Shown here one piece after another: positions 18,812-26,368 of a DNA stretch of 61,391 nucleotides. How positions within the stretch are numbered: position 1 is the stretch's first letter; each line of letters opens with the position of its first letter. Below the pieces are notes generated by a model. It was not told the origin of the DNA, did no database searches, and saw nothing but the letters and a program-made list of their open reading frames with translations. Position numbers and translations under genes: made by a program. Location of the stretch: positions 1 through 61,391 of the forward strand of contig CALMKH010000147.1 in NCBI GenBank assembly GCA_937867025.1. Direction: 5' to 3'. Source of the stretch: an uncultured Bacteroidota bacterium. GTDB taxonomy: Bacteria; Bacteroidota; Bacteroidia; NS11-12g; UBA955.

Positions 18812-19577
18812 GGTTGTTTCTCTTTCCGTGATGATGTGTGTTGTGTTTTTCGCTTGCAAAAGCAGGAAAAAAGTGACTCCCCAGGTAGTGGTGCCTCCGA
18901 CGGATTCCGCTATGGCGGTTGCTACTGCCGAAAGCATTCTATCCTTTACATTAAAGGACTGGAAATATTTTTCATCCAAAATCGACATTGATTATCGTAA
19001 CGGAGACGACAAAAAAAGCATTACTGCCAACATCCGCATGCTGAAAGACTCGCTTGTATGGATCTCCGCGGGGCTGTTTGGCATAGAAGGGGCCAGGATT
19101 CTGATAAATAAGGATTCCGTTGTGCTTATGGACAGGATCAACAAAAAATACTCCGTGTTCAGGAATGAAGCGATATCGGGATTTTCCGATGTGCCTCTTA
19201 CCGTTACACAGGTTCAGAACCTGATCATTGCAAAACCCGTATTCGCCCTGAAATTATACGAAATCACCGTGAATACAGACGCGGTTTTTGGAATTGATTA
19301 CGAACAGGAAAAATTTGTCACCTCACACCGTTACGTGAAACAGTTTTTCACTATAGATACAACCATGATCAGGGACAGGACCACCCCTAACTTTGCAATG
19401 GCGAAGTACCAGGATTATTCTGTGGTCAATGGTCATAATTTTCCAATGACCAGTCATGTGACGGCCACAAACGGCGGCAAGCAGGTGGAGCTCGATCTCA
19501 AATTCCAGGACGTCGACTTTGAGACAGAAATCAATTTCCCTTTTAATATTCCTTCATCCTTTGAAAAGACACGTTAG
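18804..19577 (+). CDS. DUF4292-like (LolB-like) outer-membrane lipoprotein
   Basis: I prefer the internal start MNRVVSLSVMMCVVFFACKS (lipobox). Its ATG overlaps the TPR gene stop (ATGAATAG). Its position between a TPR protein and an M23 peptidase is the arrangement I recall as conserved in Bacteroidota. Confidence 0.62.
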   Translation: MNRVVSLSVMMCVVFFACKSRKKVTPQVVVPPTDSAMAVATAESILSFTLKDWKYFSSKIDIDYRNGDDKKSITANIRMLKDSLVWISAGLFGIEGARILINKDSVVLMDRINKKYSVFRNEAISGFSDVPLTVTQVQNLIIAKPVFALKLYEITVNTDAVFGIDYEQEKFVTSHRYVKQFFTIDTTMIRDRTTPNFAMAKYQDYSVVNGHNFPMTSHVTATNGGKQVELDLKFQDVDFETEINFPFNIPSSFEKTR

Positions 19578-20835
19578 ACATACCGCTTTTTTTCTCGCCT
19601 GCATCATTATGTATGGTCAGTTGCCTGCACAATCAAGAAAGGAACTTGAAAAACAAAGGAAGAAAACTGAACAACAGATCGCGCTTACAAAAAAAATCCT
19701 GAAAGAAACCAAAAGCAAAAAGCAGCAAAGTCTTAAAGAAATTGTCACAATTTCCAGGCTTATTGAAACCCGGGAAGAGCTTATACAGACCATCAATACT
19801 GAAATTGTGTATGTCAATTATGACGTAGAACGCAAAAAAACTGAGATCGATAGCCTGAATTCCCAGCTTGATAATGAAAAGAAGAACTATGCCCGGGCCA
19901 TTGTCCAATCTTATAAAAGCAGGAAAGTTTATAATAATGCTCTATACCTGTTCGCTGCAAAATCGTTCAACCAGTTGTTTCAGCGCATACGGTTCAATAA
20001 ATACCTGTCCGATGCCCAGGAAAAATTCCTGGTAAAAGTTGAGGAAAAGAAAAACCAATTGCAGCAAAAACTGGCCGAATTGCTCGGATTGAAGGAATCA
20101 AAGGAAAAGCTGGCCCAGAATAAACAAAAAGAAGTTAAAGAACTGGAAACAGACAAAAAAGAAAAGAATCGTGTGGTTATAGCTCTTACCGGTAAAGAAG
20201 CGGAGTTGAAAGCGAGTCTCGAAAAACAGAAAAAAGCGAAGGAAAACCTGAATGCCCAGATTAATGCCATTATCGCAAAAGAAATAGCCGCCGCCAAAAA
20301 GAAAGCTGCCGAAGCAGCCGCTAAGAAAAGCAAGAAGTCGCCGGGGCCTGAGAAAAAAACCCCTGGTGAGAAAGAAAAGGCAGCCAAAATTCCGACGGTG
20401 ACCCCTGAAGTCAAGATACTATCCGATAATTTTGTCGCAAACAAGGGTAAATTCCCCTGGCCTGTTGAAAAAGGTTTTATAAGCGAGCATTTCGGTACGC
20501 ATACGCATGCCAAGCTCGACCAGGTGACCATACAGAATAATGGGGTTGACATTCAGTCCAATGCAGGCGCCACTGCGCGTTGCATTCATAAAGGCACAGT
20601 CACTGCGGTGATCTCCATACCCGGCATGGGAAAAGCCGTGCTGGTGAATCATGGTGAATATTATACCGTATATTCAAAATTAAAGGATGTGGTGGTTTCG
20701 CAAGGCCAGACTATCCAGCCAAAGCAGGTGCTTGGCACGATTGCCGAAGATGAAGACGGCGCAACGGAACTGCATTTTGAAATATGGTATAACCAGGAAA
20801 AACAAAACCCTGAAATATGGCTCGCTAAAAAATAA
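19561..20835 (+). CDS. EnvC-like coiled-coil M23 family metallopeptidase / murein hydrolase activator
   Basis: A long Lys/Glu-rich coiled coil is followed by an M23 domain (HTHAKLDQV..NGVDI, GKAVLVNHGEYYTVYSKL, TELHFEIW). A probable TTG start at 19561 gives a signal peptide (RHTAFFLACIIMYGQLPAQ). The ORF-track start is 19519. Confidence 0.85.
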   Translation: MKRHVRHTAFFLACIIMYGQLPAQSRKELEKQRKKTEQQIALTKKILKETKSKKQQSLKEIVTISRLIETREELIQTINTEIVYVNYDVERKKTEIDSLNSQLDNEKKNYARAIVQSYKSRKVYNNALYLFAAKSFNQLFQRIRFNKYLSDAQEKFLVKVEEKKNQLQQKLAELLGLKESKEKLAQNKQKEVKELETDKKEKNRVVIALTGKEAELKASLEKQKKAKENLNAQINAIIAKEIAAAKKKAAEAAAKKSKKSPGPEKKTPGEKEKAAKIPTVTPEVKILSDNFVANKGKFPWPVEKGFISEHFGTHTHAKLDQVTIQNNGVDIQSNAGATARCIHKGTVTAVISIPGMGKAVLVNHGEYYTVYSKLKDVVVSQGQTIQPKQVLGTIAEDEDGATELHFEIWYNQEKQNPEIWLAKK

Positions 20836-20839
20836 AGAC

Positions 20840-21700
20840 GTGGACGTGAAGAACAAGATACGGTCAGTAGGAATTGCAGGTGCAGGAACCATGGGGGCCG
20901 GCATAGCGCAGGTATGTGCCCTGGCAGGGTACCGGGTGGTGTTGTTTGACATCAATTCAACTATGCTGGATACAGCCAGGCAATCGATAGACGCTTCGTT
21001 TCAAAAGCTGGTGAGTTCCGGTAAACTGGTGCAATCCGCTTACGAAAATGCCAGGGATGCAATATCCTTCAGCAGCGTTCTTCCTGATATGAAGGCTGAT
21101 CTTTTACTGGAAGCCATTGTAGAGAAACCCGAACCAAAGATCGAACTGTTTAAAAAACTGATTGATATCAATGGCCCCGGTTCCATATATGCAACCAACA
21201 CATCTTCCATTCCGATAACACAAATAGCCGCTCAGCTTCCCCTGCCTGAAAATGTGGTAGGCATACATTTTTTCAATCCGGCTCAGATCATGAAGCTTGT
21301 TGAGGTGATCAAAGGAGCCAAAACCCGGCCTGAAACAGTCGATCTCGCCAGGCAGTTCGTTTCGACCCTTGGGAAAGAACCGGTCATAGCCGCAGACTCA
21401 CCGGGTTTTATTGTCAACCGTATTGCCAGGTTATATTATGTTGAATCCCTGAAAATAATGGAGGAAGGTGTTGCAGACTATACAGTCATAGATAAGATCA
21501 TGGAATCTTCAGGCTTCAGGATGGGGCCATTCCGCCTGATGGACCTGATCGGGGTTGACACCAATTATTCCGTGACGGAAAGCCAGTATAAACTCTTTAA
21601 CTTTGAACCGAGGTTCAGACCGAGCAGGATACAGAAACAAAAGGTGGATGCCGGTTTGCATGGAAAAAAGACCGGGGAGGGCTTTTATAAATATGAATAG
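20840..21700 (+). CDS. 3-hydroxyacyl-CoA / 3-hydroxybutyryl-CoA dehydrogenase
   Basis: Rossmann motif VGIAGAGTMGAGIAQ, then TNTSSI, HFFNPAQIMKLVEVI, PGFIVNRI and GKKTGEGFYKY. The ORF-track 5' extension overlaps the M23 gene, so I use a GTG start at 20840. Confidence 0.88.
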   Translation: MDVKNKIRSVGIAGAGTMGAGIAQVCALAGYRVVLFDINSTMLDTARQSIDASFQKLVSSGKLVQSAYENARDAISFSSVLPDMKADLLLEAIVEKPEPKIELFKKLIDINGPGSIYATNTSSIPITQIAAQLPLPENVVGIHFFNPAQIMKLVEVIKGAKTRPETVDLARQFVSTLGKEPVIAADSPGFIVNRIARLYYVESLKIMEEGVADYTVIDKIMESSGFRMGPFRLMDLIGVDTNYSVTESQYKLFNFEPRFRPSRIQKQKVDAGLHGKKTGEGFYKYE

Positions 21701-22142
21701 GATCATTGTTGTAGCAATTACTTTGATGTTGGCTTTTTCATGCAAGAAGAGCAGGGTTATAAATCCTGATCCTATAAATGATGTCCCTGTCAACATCACC
21801 ATTAATATCGCATTACCTGCCTATGCCCACCTTCAGGATGTGGGCACCCATGTTTATGAGCCAGGGGGAGTAAAGGGTGTTGTGATAGTACATCACACAG
21901 ACGACAACTACTATGCCTTTGACCGTTGCTGCAGTTTCAGGCCTGGTGACAGCTGCTCCAGGGTTGAGGTCGACAGTTCGGTTCTTGTTTTCAGATGCGG
22001 TCAGACCAAAGCCGGAGTTTTCCAAAAATGCTGCGACTCAAAATTCTTCATGAATGGCGAAGTATTTAATGGTCCCGCCACTTTCGGACTCAAACATTAC
22101 CAGGTCATAAGAAGTGGTAACCTTCTGGATATAAAAAATTAA
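21693..22142 (+). CDS. Lipoprotein with a Rieske-like fold pattern that lacks the His ligands
   Basis: Start MNRIIVVAITLMLAFSCKK (lipobox), with the ATG overlapping the upstream stop (ATGAATAG). The segment YYAFDRCCSF...LVFRCGQ...CCDSKFFMNGEVFNGPATFGLKHYQV resembles Rieske-domain spacing, but CxH and CxxH are replaced by Cys-rich motifs. Confidence 0.5.
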   Translation: MNRIIVVAITLMLAFSCKKSRVINPDPINDVPVNITINIALPAYAHLQDVGTHVYEPGGVKGVVIVHHTDDNYYAFDRCCSFRPGDSCSRVEVDSSVLVFRCGQTKAGVFQKCCDSKFFMNGEVFNGPATFGLKHYQVIRSGNLLDIKN

Positions 22143-22182
22143 TTTTTTTTAAAAAAATTCTTTTCAAAGCGAAACCTTTTTA

Positions 22183-22190
22183 TATATTTG
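22183..22190 (+). promoter_or_regulatory. -7 promoter box (TATATTTG) for the OmpA-family gene
   Basis: TAnnTTTG match 38 nt upstream of the ATG at 22229. Confidence 0.4.
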
Positions 22191-22228
22191 TCGGGTTATA
22201 TCAACAAATTCAAATAAAAACGCAGCTT

Positions 22229-23770
22229 ATGATAAAGAAAAAATTACTTATTACTCTTATTGCATTCTTGTCTGTGTATCAGGCCTTTTCGCAGTCGGGC
22301 GAACGCAGATTGGGCTTTGAAGTAAATGGCGGAATCAATGAATATCAGGGCGACCTTGGATCAGCATTATATTTCTCCAAAAAACCTAACTACCAGGGTG
22401 CAGGATTTTCATTAAGCTATTACCTGACTCCTAATATTGACCTTGCTTTCTTCGGTTCCGGCGGTGACGTAGGTTTCTTTACCATTCATGAATTCCCTGC
22501 TAACATTCAATATAAGCACCAGTTTTTCAAAACCAACCTTTTTACTGTAAACGGCGGGTTAAGGTATAAATTCCTGAAGGATAAACCTTTCACTCCTTAT
22601 ATAATGGCAGGTATCGGCGGTGTTTACCTGCACGCTACCGTAAGCAAGGATCCGAATTCATACACCGGTGCAGCCGGTAATGTAGCCTCAGGCTTTGGCT
22701 TTCAATACAGCTTTAACGAAAAAATGGGTATCAGGCTGCAATCCATGTTCAACTATACCTTTAATGATATATGGGATGGCGAACCATACTCATTCCTGAC
22801 CCATACAAGAAACAAGAATAACGATTTGTTCGCCTATCATTCGCTTGGCCTGTTCTTTAACATTCCATACGGTGAGCCTATGGGTATGGAAGGCAAATCG
22901 CTTAAAGACAAGGATAAGGATGGTGTGCCTGACAAGCTCGATAAGTGCCCGAAGACACAACCATGGCAGCTTCCTGTTAACGATGAAGGCTGTCCGAAAG
23001 ATTCTGACCTTGACAGCATACCTGATTATATGGATTCCTGCGCATCCAAGTTCGGACCACGCAAATTCAACGGTTGCCCTGACAAGGATAACGACGGTAT
23101 CATTGACGTTAAAGACCGCTGCCCTGATAATGCCGGCCCGGTTGAAAACAATGGTTGCCCTGATACTGACGGTGATGGTATCATTGATATAGAAGACCAG
23201 TGTCCTGCAGTTAAAGGTCCGAAAGAATTCAATGGCTGCCCTGATACTGATGGCGATGGCCTCGAAGACAGGAAAGACAAATGTGTAAACGCTCCCGGTT
23301 CTGTAGCCGGTGAAGGATGTCCCGACTCTGACGCGGACGGTGTCTACGACCATAAGGACGTTTGCCCTAAAGTTCCGGGTATAGCAGCTAATAAAGGTTG
23401 CCCTGAGATCAAGCAGGAGGTAATTCAAAAAATAGCCCTCGCGGCAAAAGGTATCAACTTTGAAACCGGAAGCGACAAAATCCTCGCTGAGTCTAACGAT
23501 GACCTCGATGCACTTGTAAAAATATTGAACGATTATCCTGAAGCTAAGGTTGCCATTGAAGGACATACCGATAATGTAGGCGACCCTGCCAAGAACCTTG
23601 AACTCTCACAAAAACGTGCTGATGCCGTTAAGGCTTACCTTGTCGGAAAAGGTGTAGATCAATCAAGGCTTACTTCAACAGGATACGGAGACACTCAGCC
23701 TGTAGCAGACAACAAGACCAAGGCAGGCAAAGCTAAGAACAGAAGGGTTGACTTTAAGCTGACCTATTAA
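22229..23770 (+). CDS. OmpA-family outer-membrane protein with thrombospondin type-3 repeats
   Basis: Signal peptide and an N-terminal beta-barrel. About 7 TSP3 calcium-binding repeats follow (DKDKDGVPDKLDKCP, DKDNDGIIDVKDRCP, DTDGDGIIDIEDQCP, DTDGDGLEDRKDKC, DSDADGVYDHKDVCP). The C-terminal OmpA domain has INFETGSDKI, GHTDNVGD..NLELSQKRA and NRRVDF. Confidence 0.9.
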   Translation: MIKKKLLITLIAFLSVYQAFSQSGERRLGFEVNGGINEYQGDLGSALYFSKKPNYQGAGFSLSYYLTPNIDLAFFGSGGDVGFFTIHEFPANIQYKHQFFKTNLFTVNGGLRYKFLKDKPFTPYIMAGIGGVYLHATVSKDPNSYTGAAGNVASGFGFQYSFNEKMGIRLQSMFNYTFNDIWDGEPYSFLTHTRNKNNDLFAYHSLGLFFNIPYGEPMGMEGKSLKDKDKDGVPDKLDKCPKTQPWQLPVNDEGCPKDSDLDSIPDYMDSCASKFGPRKFNGCPDKDNDGIIDVKDRCPDNAGPVENNGCPDTDGDGIIDIEDQCPAVKGPKEFNGCPDTDGDGLEDRKDKCVNAPGSVAGEGCPDSDADGVYDHKDVCPKVPGIAANKGCPEIKQEVIQKIALAAKGINFETGSDKILAESNDDLDALVKILNDYPEAKVAIEGHTDNVGDPAKNLELSQKRADAVKAYLVGKGVDQSRLTSTGYGDTQPVADNKTKAGKAKNRRVDFKLTY

Positions 23771-23790
23771 TTGATATAACAAATTTTCTC

Positions 23791-23818
23791 AAAAAGGCGG
23801 GTTCTCCCGCCTTTTTTT
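23791..23818 (+). terminator. Rho-independent terminator after the OmpA-family gene
   Basis: GGCGGG-ttct-CCCGCC stem followed by T7. Confidence 0.8.
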
Positions 23819-23943
23819 ATTGCCCGTTTTTCTTCCCTTATCCTCTCTTATGAGCCTGGAATATTAAGCAAATAATCGCCTTACGCCTCCTTCTCTTGAC
23901 AGACAAGGCCATACCGTTAGCCGCTAAAGGGTCTGATTCAAAT

Positions 23944-23971
23944 AAAAAAGCCCGGTTTTTCCGGGCTTTTT
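23944..23971 (-). terminator. Rho-independent (bidirectional) terminator
   Basis: AGCCCGG-ttttt-CCGGGCT stem flanked by an A-run and a T-run. It lies just downstream of the minus-strand gene ending at 23994. Confidence 0.75.
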
Positions 23972-23993
23972 AAAATAAAATTTATATTGTTTG

Positions 23994-24272
23994 CTAATCC
24001 TGTTTGGTAGCCGAAGATTTTGGTTGGGCTGAACCCTTACTACCGCAAGGCATTCCTTCTTTTTTACAGCAAGATCTCTTTACCGCTTGTTTTTTAACCG
24101 GACTTTTCGAAACGGCAGTGTCCGTGGTGGCCGGAGCGGTAACACTGACCGCCGCAGGGGTTACAATTGCCTTGGGTTTTTGCTGCGTAACGGTTCCTGC
24201 AGCAGGGTTCTGGGCATGAATGGCAACGGCTGTTCCTGCAAACAATGCGAGGGTTAAAATTATCTTTTTCAT
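23994..24272 (-). CDS. Small secreted Pro/Ala/Thr/Lys-rich protein with a C-terminal Cys cluster
   Basis: 92 aa. Signal peptide MKKIILTLALFAGTAVAIHAQ, a low-complexity body, the motif SCCKKEGMPCGSKG, and a strong terminator downstream. Confidence 0.5.
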   Translation of the reverse strand: MKKIILTLALFAGTAVAIHAQNPAAGTVTQQKPKAIVTPAAVSVTAPATTDTAVSKSPVKKQAVKRSCCKKEGMPCGSKGSAQPKSSATKQD

Positions 24273-24308
24273 TTCTTAATTGCTTTATTACTTACAAATA
24301 TCCAAAAA

Positions 24309-24965
24309 TTAAGCCAAAGTAGCAATAACTGTTTCTCCACCCTTTGTTTTCTGTTGCAGACTGACATCCACCCTGGCACTTAAAGGCAGAAATATATCTA
24401 TACGCGAACCAAACTTGATGAATCCCATTTCCGCGCCCTGCTCTACCTTATCGCCTTCCTTAACGTAATATAGGATTCGTTTCGCTAATGCCCCGGCAAT
24501 CTGCCTGAATAATATATCCGCCTTACTGCCTCCTATGACAATCGTGGTGCGTTCATTTTCCGTGGAGGATTTGGGATGCCAGGCCACAAGATACTTGCCC
24601 GGATGGTATTTTGCATATTTCACTACGCCGGATATGGGGTTTCGGTTGACATGCACATTTACCGGACTCATGAATATACTGATCTGCCTGCGTTTATCCC
24701 TGAAATACTCATTCTCTTCCACTTCTTCAATAACCACTACAGTGCCGTCTGCCGGCGCTATCACATGGTTTTCGTTCAGAACGGTCTTCCTCGACGGATT
24801 CCGGAAAAACTGAACAATCAAAATAAAAAAAATCAGGGAGAGCGCCATCACTATCCTTACTGCCATATGCTCCTCGCCCAGCCATGATTGCATGGCGATG
24901 TTTATTCCCGCAAGAATAAGCAGGGTGGCCAGAATGATCTTGTATCCCTCCCGGTGTATATTCAT
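24309..24965 (-). CDS. psd: Phosphatidylserine decarboxylase (short membrane-anchored type)
   Basis: Two N-terminal TM helices and the self-processing site region FIKFGSRIDIFLP. 218 aa, typical of the Bacteroidota Psd family. Confidence 0.88.
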   Translation of the reverse strand: MNIHREGYKIILATLLILAGINIAMQSWLGEEHMAVRIVMALSLIFFILIVQFFRNPSRKTVLNENHVIAPADGTVVVIEEVEENEYFRDKRRQISIFMSPVNVHVNRNPISGVVKYAKYHPGKYLVAWHPKSSTENERTTIVIGGSKADILFRQIAGALAKRILYYVKEGDKVEQGAEMGFIKFGSRIDIFLPLSARVDVSLQQKTKGGETVIATLA

Positions 24966-26227
24966 CAGAATACGCCTCTGAACTTAAGGGTGGTGGCAAC
25001 CTTGTCTATAGCAACGACATAAGCTGCAGTACGCAGGCTTACGTTGTGTTTTTTTCCGGTATCGAATACGACGTCGAAAGCGCTCTTCATCACCCTGTCC
25101 GCACGCCTGTTCACACGCTCCTCAGTCCAGAAATATCCCATCCTGTTCTGCACCCATTCGAAGTATGATACGGTAACACCGCCCGCATTGGCAAGAATAT
25201 CCGGAACCACAATAATGCCTTTATCGTTCAGGATTTTATCTGCATTAGCACTTGTTGGACCGTTTGCACCTTCCACAATCAGCTTCGCCTTGATATTTGC
25301 TGCGTTTTTATCGGTGATCTGATCTTCCATGGCCGCAGGCACAAGTATATCGCACTCGAGCTCGAGAAGCTGCGCATTGTTTATCTTTTCACCACCTGTA
25401 AATCCGCCAAGATTACCGTTTGCCCTGGTATAAGCGATAGCTTCCTCAACCCTGATGCCTTTCGGATTGTAGTATCCGCCTGTTACATCAGAGATGCCGA
25501 TGATCTTTACGCCAAGCATCTCAATCAGTTTCGCTGAAATAGATCCTACGTTTCCAAAACCCTGGACCACGCAGGTACATTCTTCAGGTTTCAAACCCAT
25601 CTTGGCCAGGGCTGAACGTGTGCAAACCATAACACCCCTGCCTGTTGCTTCAACTCTGCCTAAAGAACCTCCCATAGAGATCGGCTTACCGGTAATAACC
25701 GCGGGGGTATACTGACCTTTAATCTTGGAATATTCATCCACTATCCACGCCATCTCCTGTTGTCCGGTATTCATGTCAGGAGCAGGTATATCCTTGTCGG
25801 GACCAAAAACATCGCTCATGGCAGCAGCGTAAGCCCTTGTCAGGCGTTCAAGCTCACCTTTGCTCATGTTTTTGGGATCGCATTTGATACCGCCTTTACC
25901 ACCGCCGTAAGGAATGCCTACGACTGCTGTTTTCCATGTCATCCAGGCAGCCAGGGCCTTAACCTCATCAAGCGACACATCCATGGAATAACGTATGCCT
26001 CCTTTGGAAGGACCAAGCGTCGTGCTGTGCTGCACACGGTGACCTTCAAATACCTGCACTTTACCATTATCCATAATAACAGGCAAATGCACTGTTACGA
26101 TCTTTGCAGGGAATTTTAAAGTATTGTAGACAGAATCGTCTAACCCGACAATTTTAGCTGCTTCATCAAAGCGTTTCATCATCGAATCCAATGGATTCAG
26201 ATTGCTGTGGATGGTTTCGTTGCTCAT
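24965..26227 (-). CDS. gdhA: Glutamate dehydrogenase (Glu/Leu/Phe/Val dehydrogenase family)
   Basis: Active-site region GPSKGGIRY...IPYGGGKGGI and Rossmann motif VQGFGNVGS. The start was moved to ATG 26227 (MSNETIH...) because the ORF-track TTG at 26260 lies inside the promoter box. The stop TGA shares 1 nt with the psd ATG. Confidence 0.93.
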   Translation of the reverse strand: MSNETIHSNLNPLDSMMKRFDEAAKIVGLDDSVYNTLKFPAKIVTVHLPVIMDNGKVQVFEGHRVQHSTTLGPSKGGIRYSMDVSLDEVKALAAWMTWKTAVVGIPYGGGKGGIKCDPKNMSKGELERLTRAYAAAMSDVFGPDKDIPAPDMNTGQQEMAWIVDEYSKIKGQYTPAVITGKPISMGGSLGRVEATGRGVMVCTRSALAKMGLKPEECTCVVQGFGNVGSISAKLIEMLGVKIIGISDVTGGYYNPKGIRVEEAIAYTRANGNLGGFTGGEKINNAQLLELECDILVPAAMEDQITDKNAANIKAKLIVEGANGPTSANADKILNDKGIIVVPDILANAGGVTVSYFEWVQNRMGYFWTEERVNRRADRVMKSAFDVVFDTGKKHNVSLRTAAYVVAIDKVATTLKFRGVF

Positions 26228-26257
26228 TTTTATCTGTGTTATTATAATAAAAGGCTG

Positions 26258-26265
26258 CAAATTTA
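26258..26265 (-). promoter_or_regulatory. -7 promoter box (TAAATTTG on minus strand) for gdh
   Basis: The reverse complement of caaattta matches TAnnTTTG, 30 nt upstream of ATG 26227. Confidence 0.4.
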
Positions 26266-26351
26266 ACCTTTTGCCGTATTAAACCAATAAGATTTATAAA
26301 ATAGTAGCGAATCGGACCTTTAGACCGGCTGATTAAATCTCGCTTTTTCCA

Positions 26352-26359
26352 TACTTTTG
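26352..26359 (+). promoter_or_regulatory. -7 promoter box (TACTTTTG) for leuS
   Basis: TAnnTTTG match 9 nt upstream of ATG 26369. The ORF-track TTG start at 26357 lies inside this box. Confidence 0.45.
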
Positions 26360-26368
26360 CAGCAGTTT

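Noticed and set aside
22900-23400. DNA-level repeats that could be mistaken for a tandem-repeat or CRISPR-like array
   Set aside because: They are in-frame thrombospondin type-3 repeats (D-x-D-x-DG-x-x-D-x-x-D-x-C) of the OmpA-family protein. There are no spacers or noncoding periodicity.
22790-23566. 258-aa minus-strand ORF, plus other ORFs inside the OmpA-family gene
   Set aside because: It is antisense to the thrombospondin-repeat region. The repetitive GAT/GAC-rich coding DNA keeps alternative frames open. No independent signals support it.
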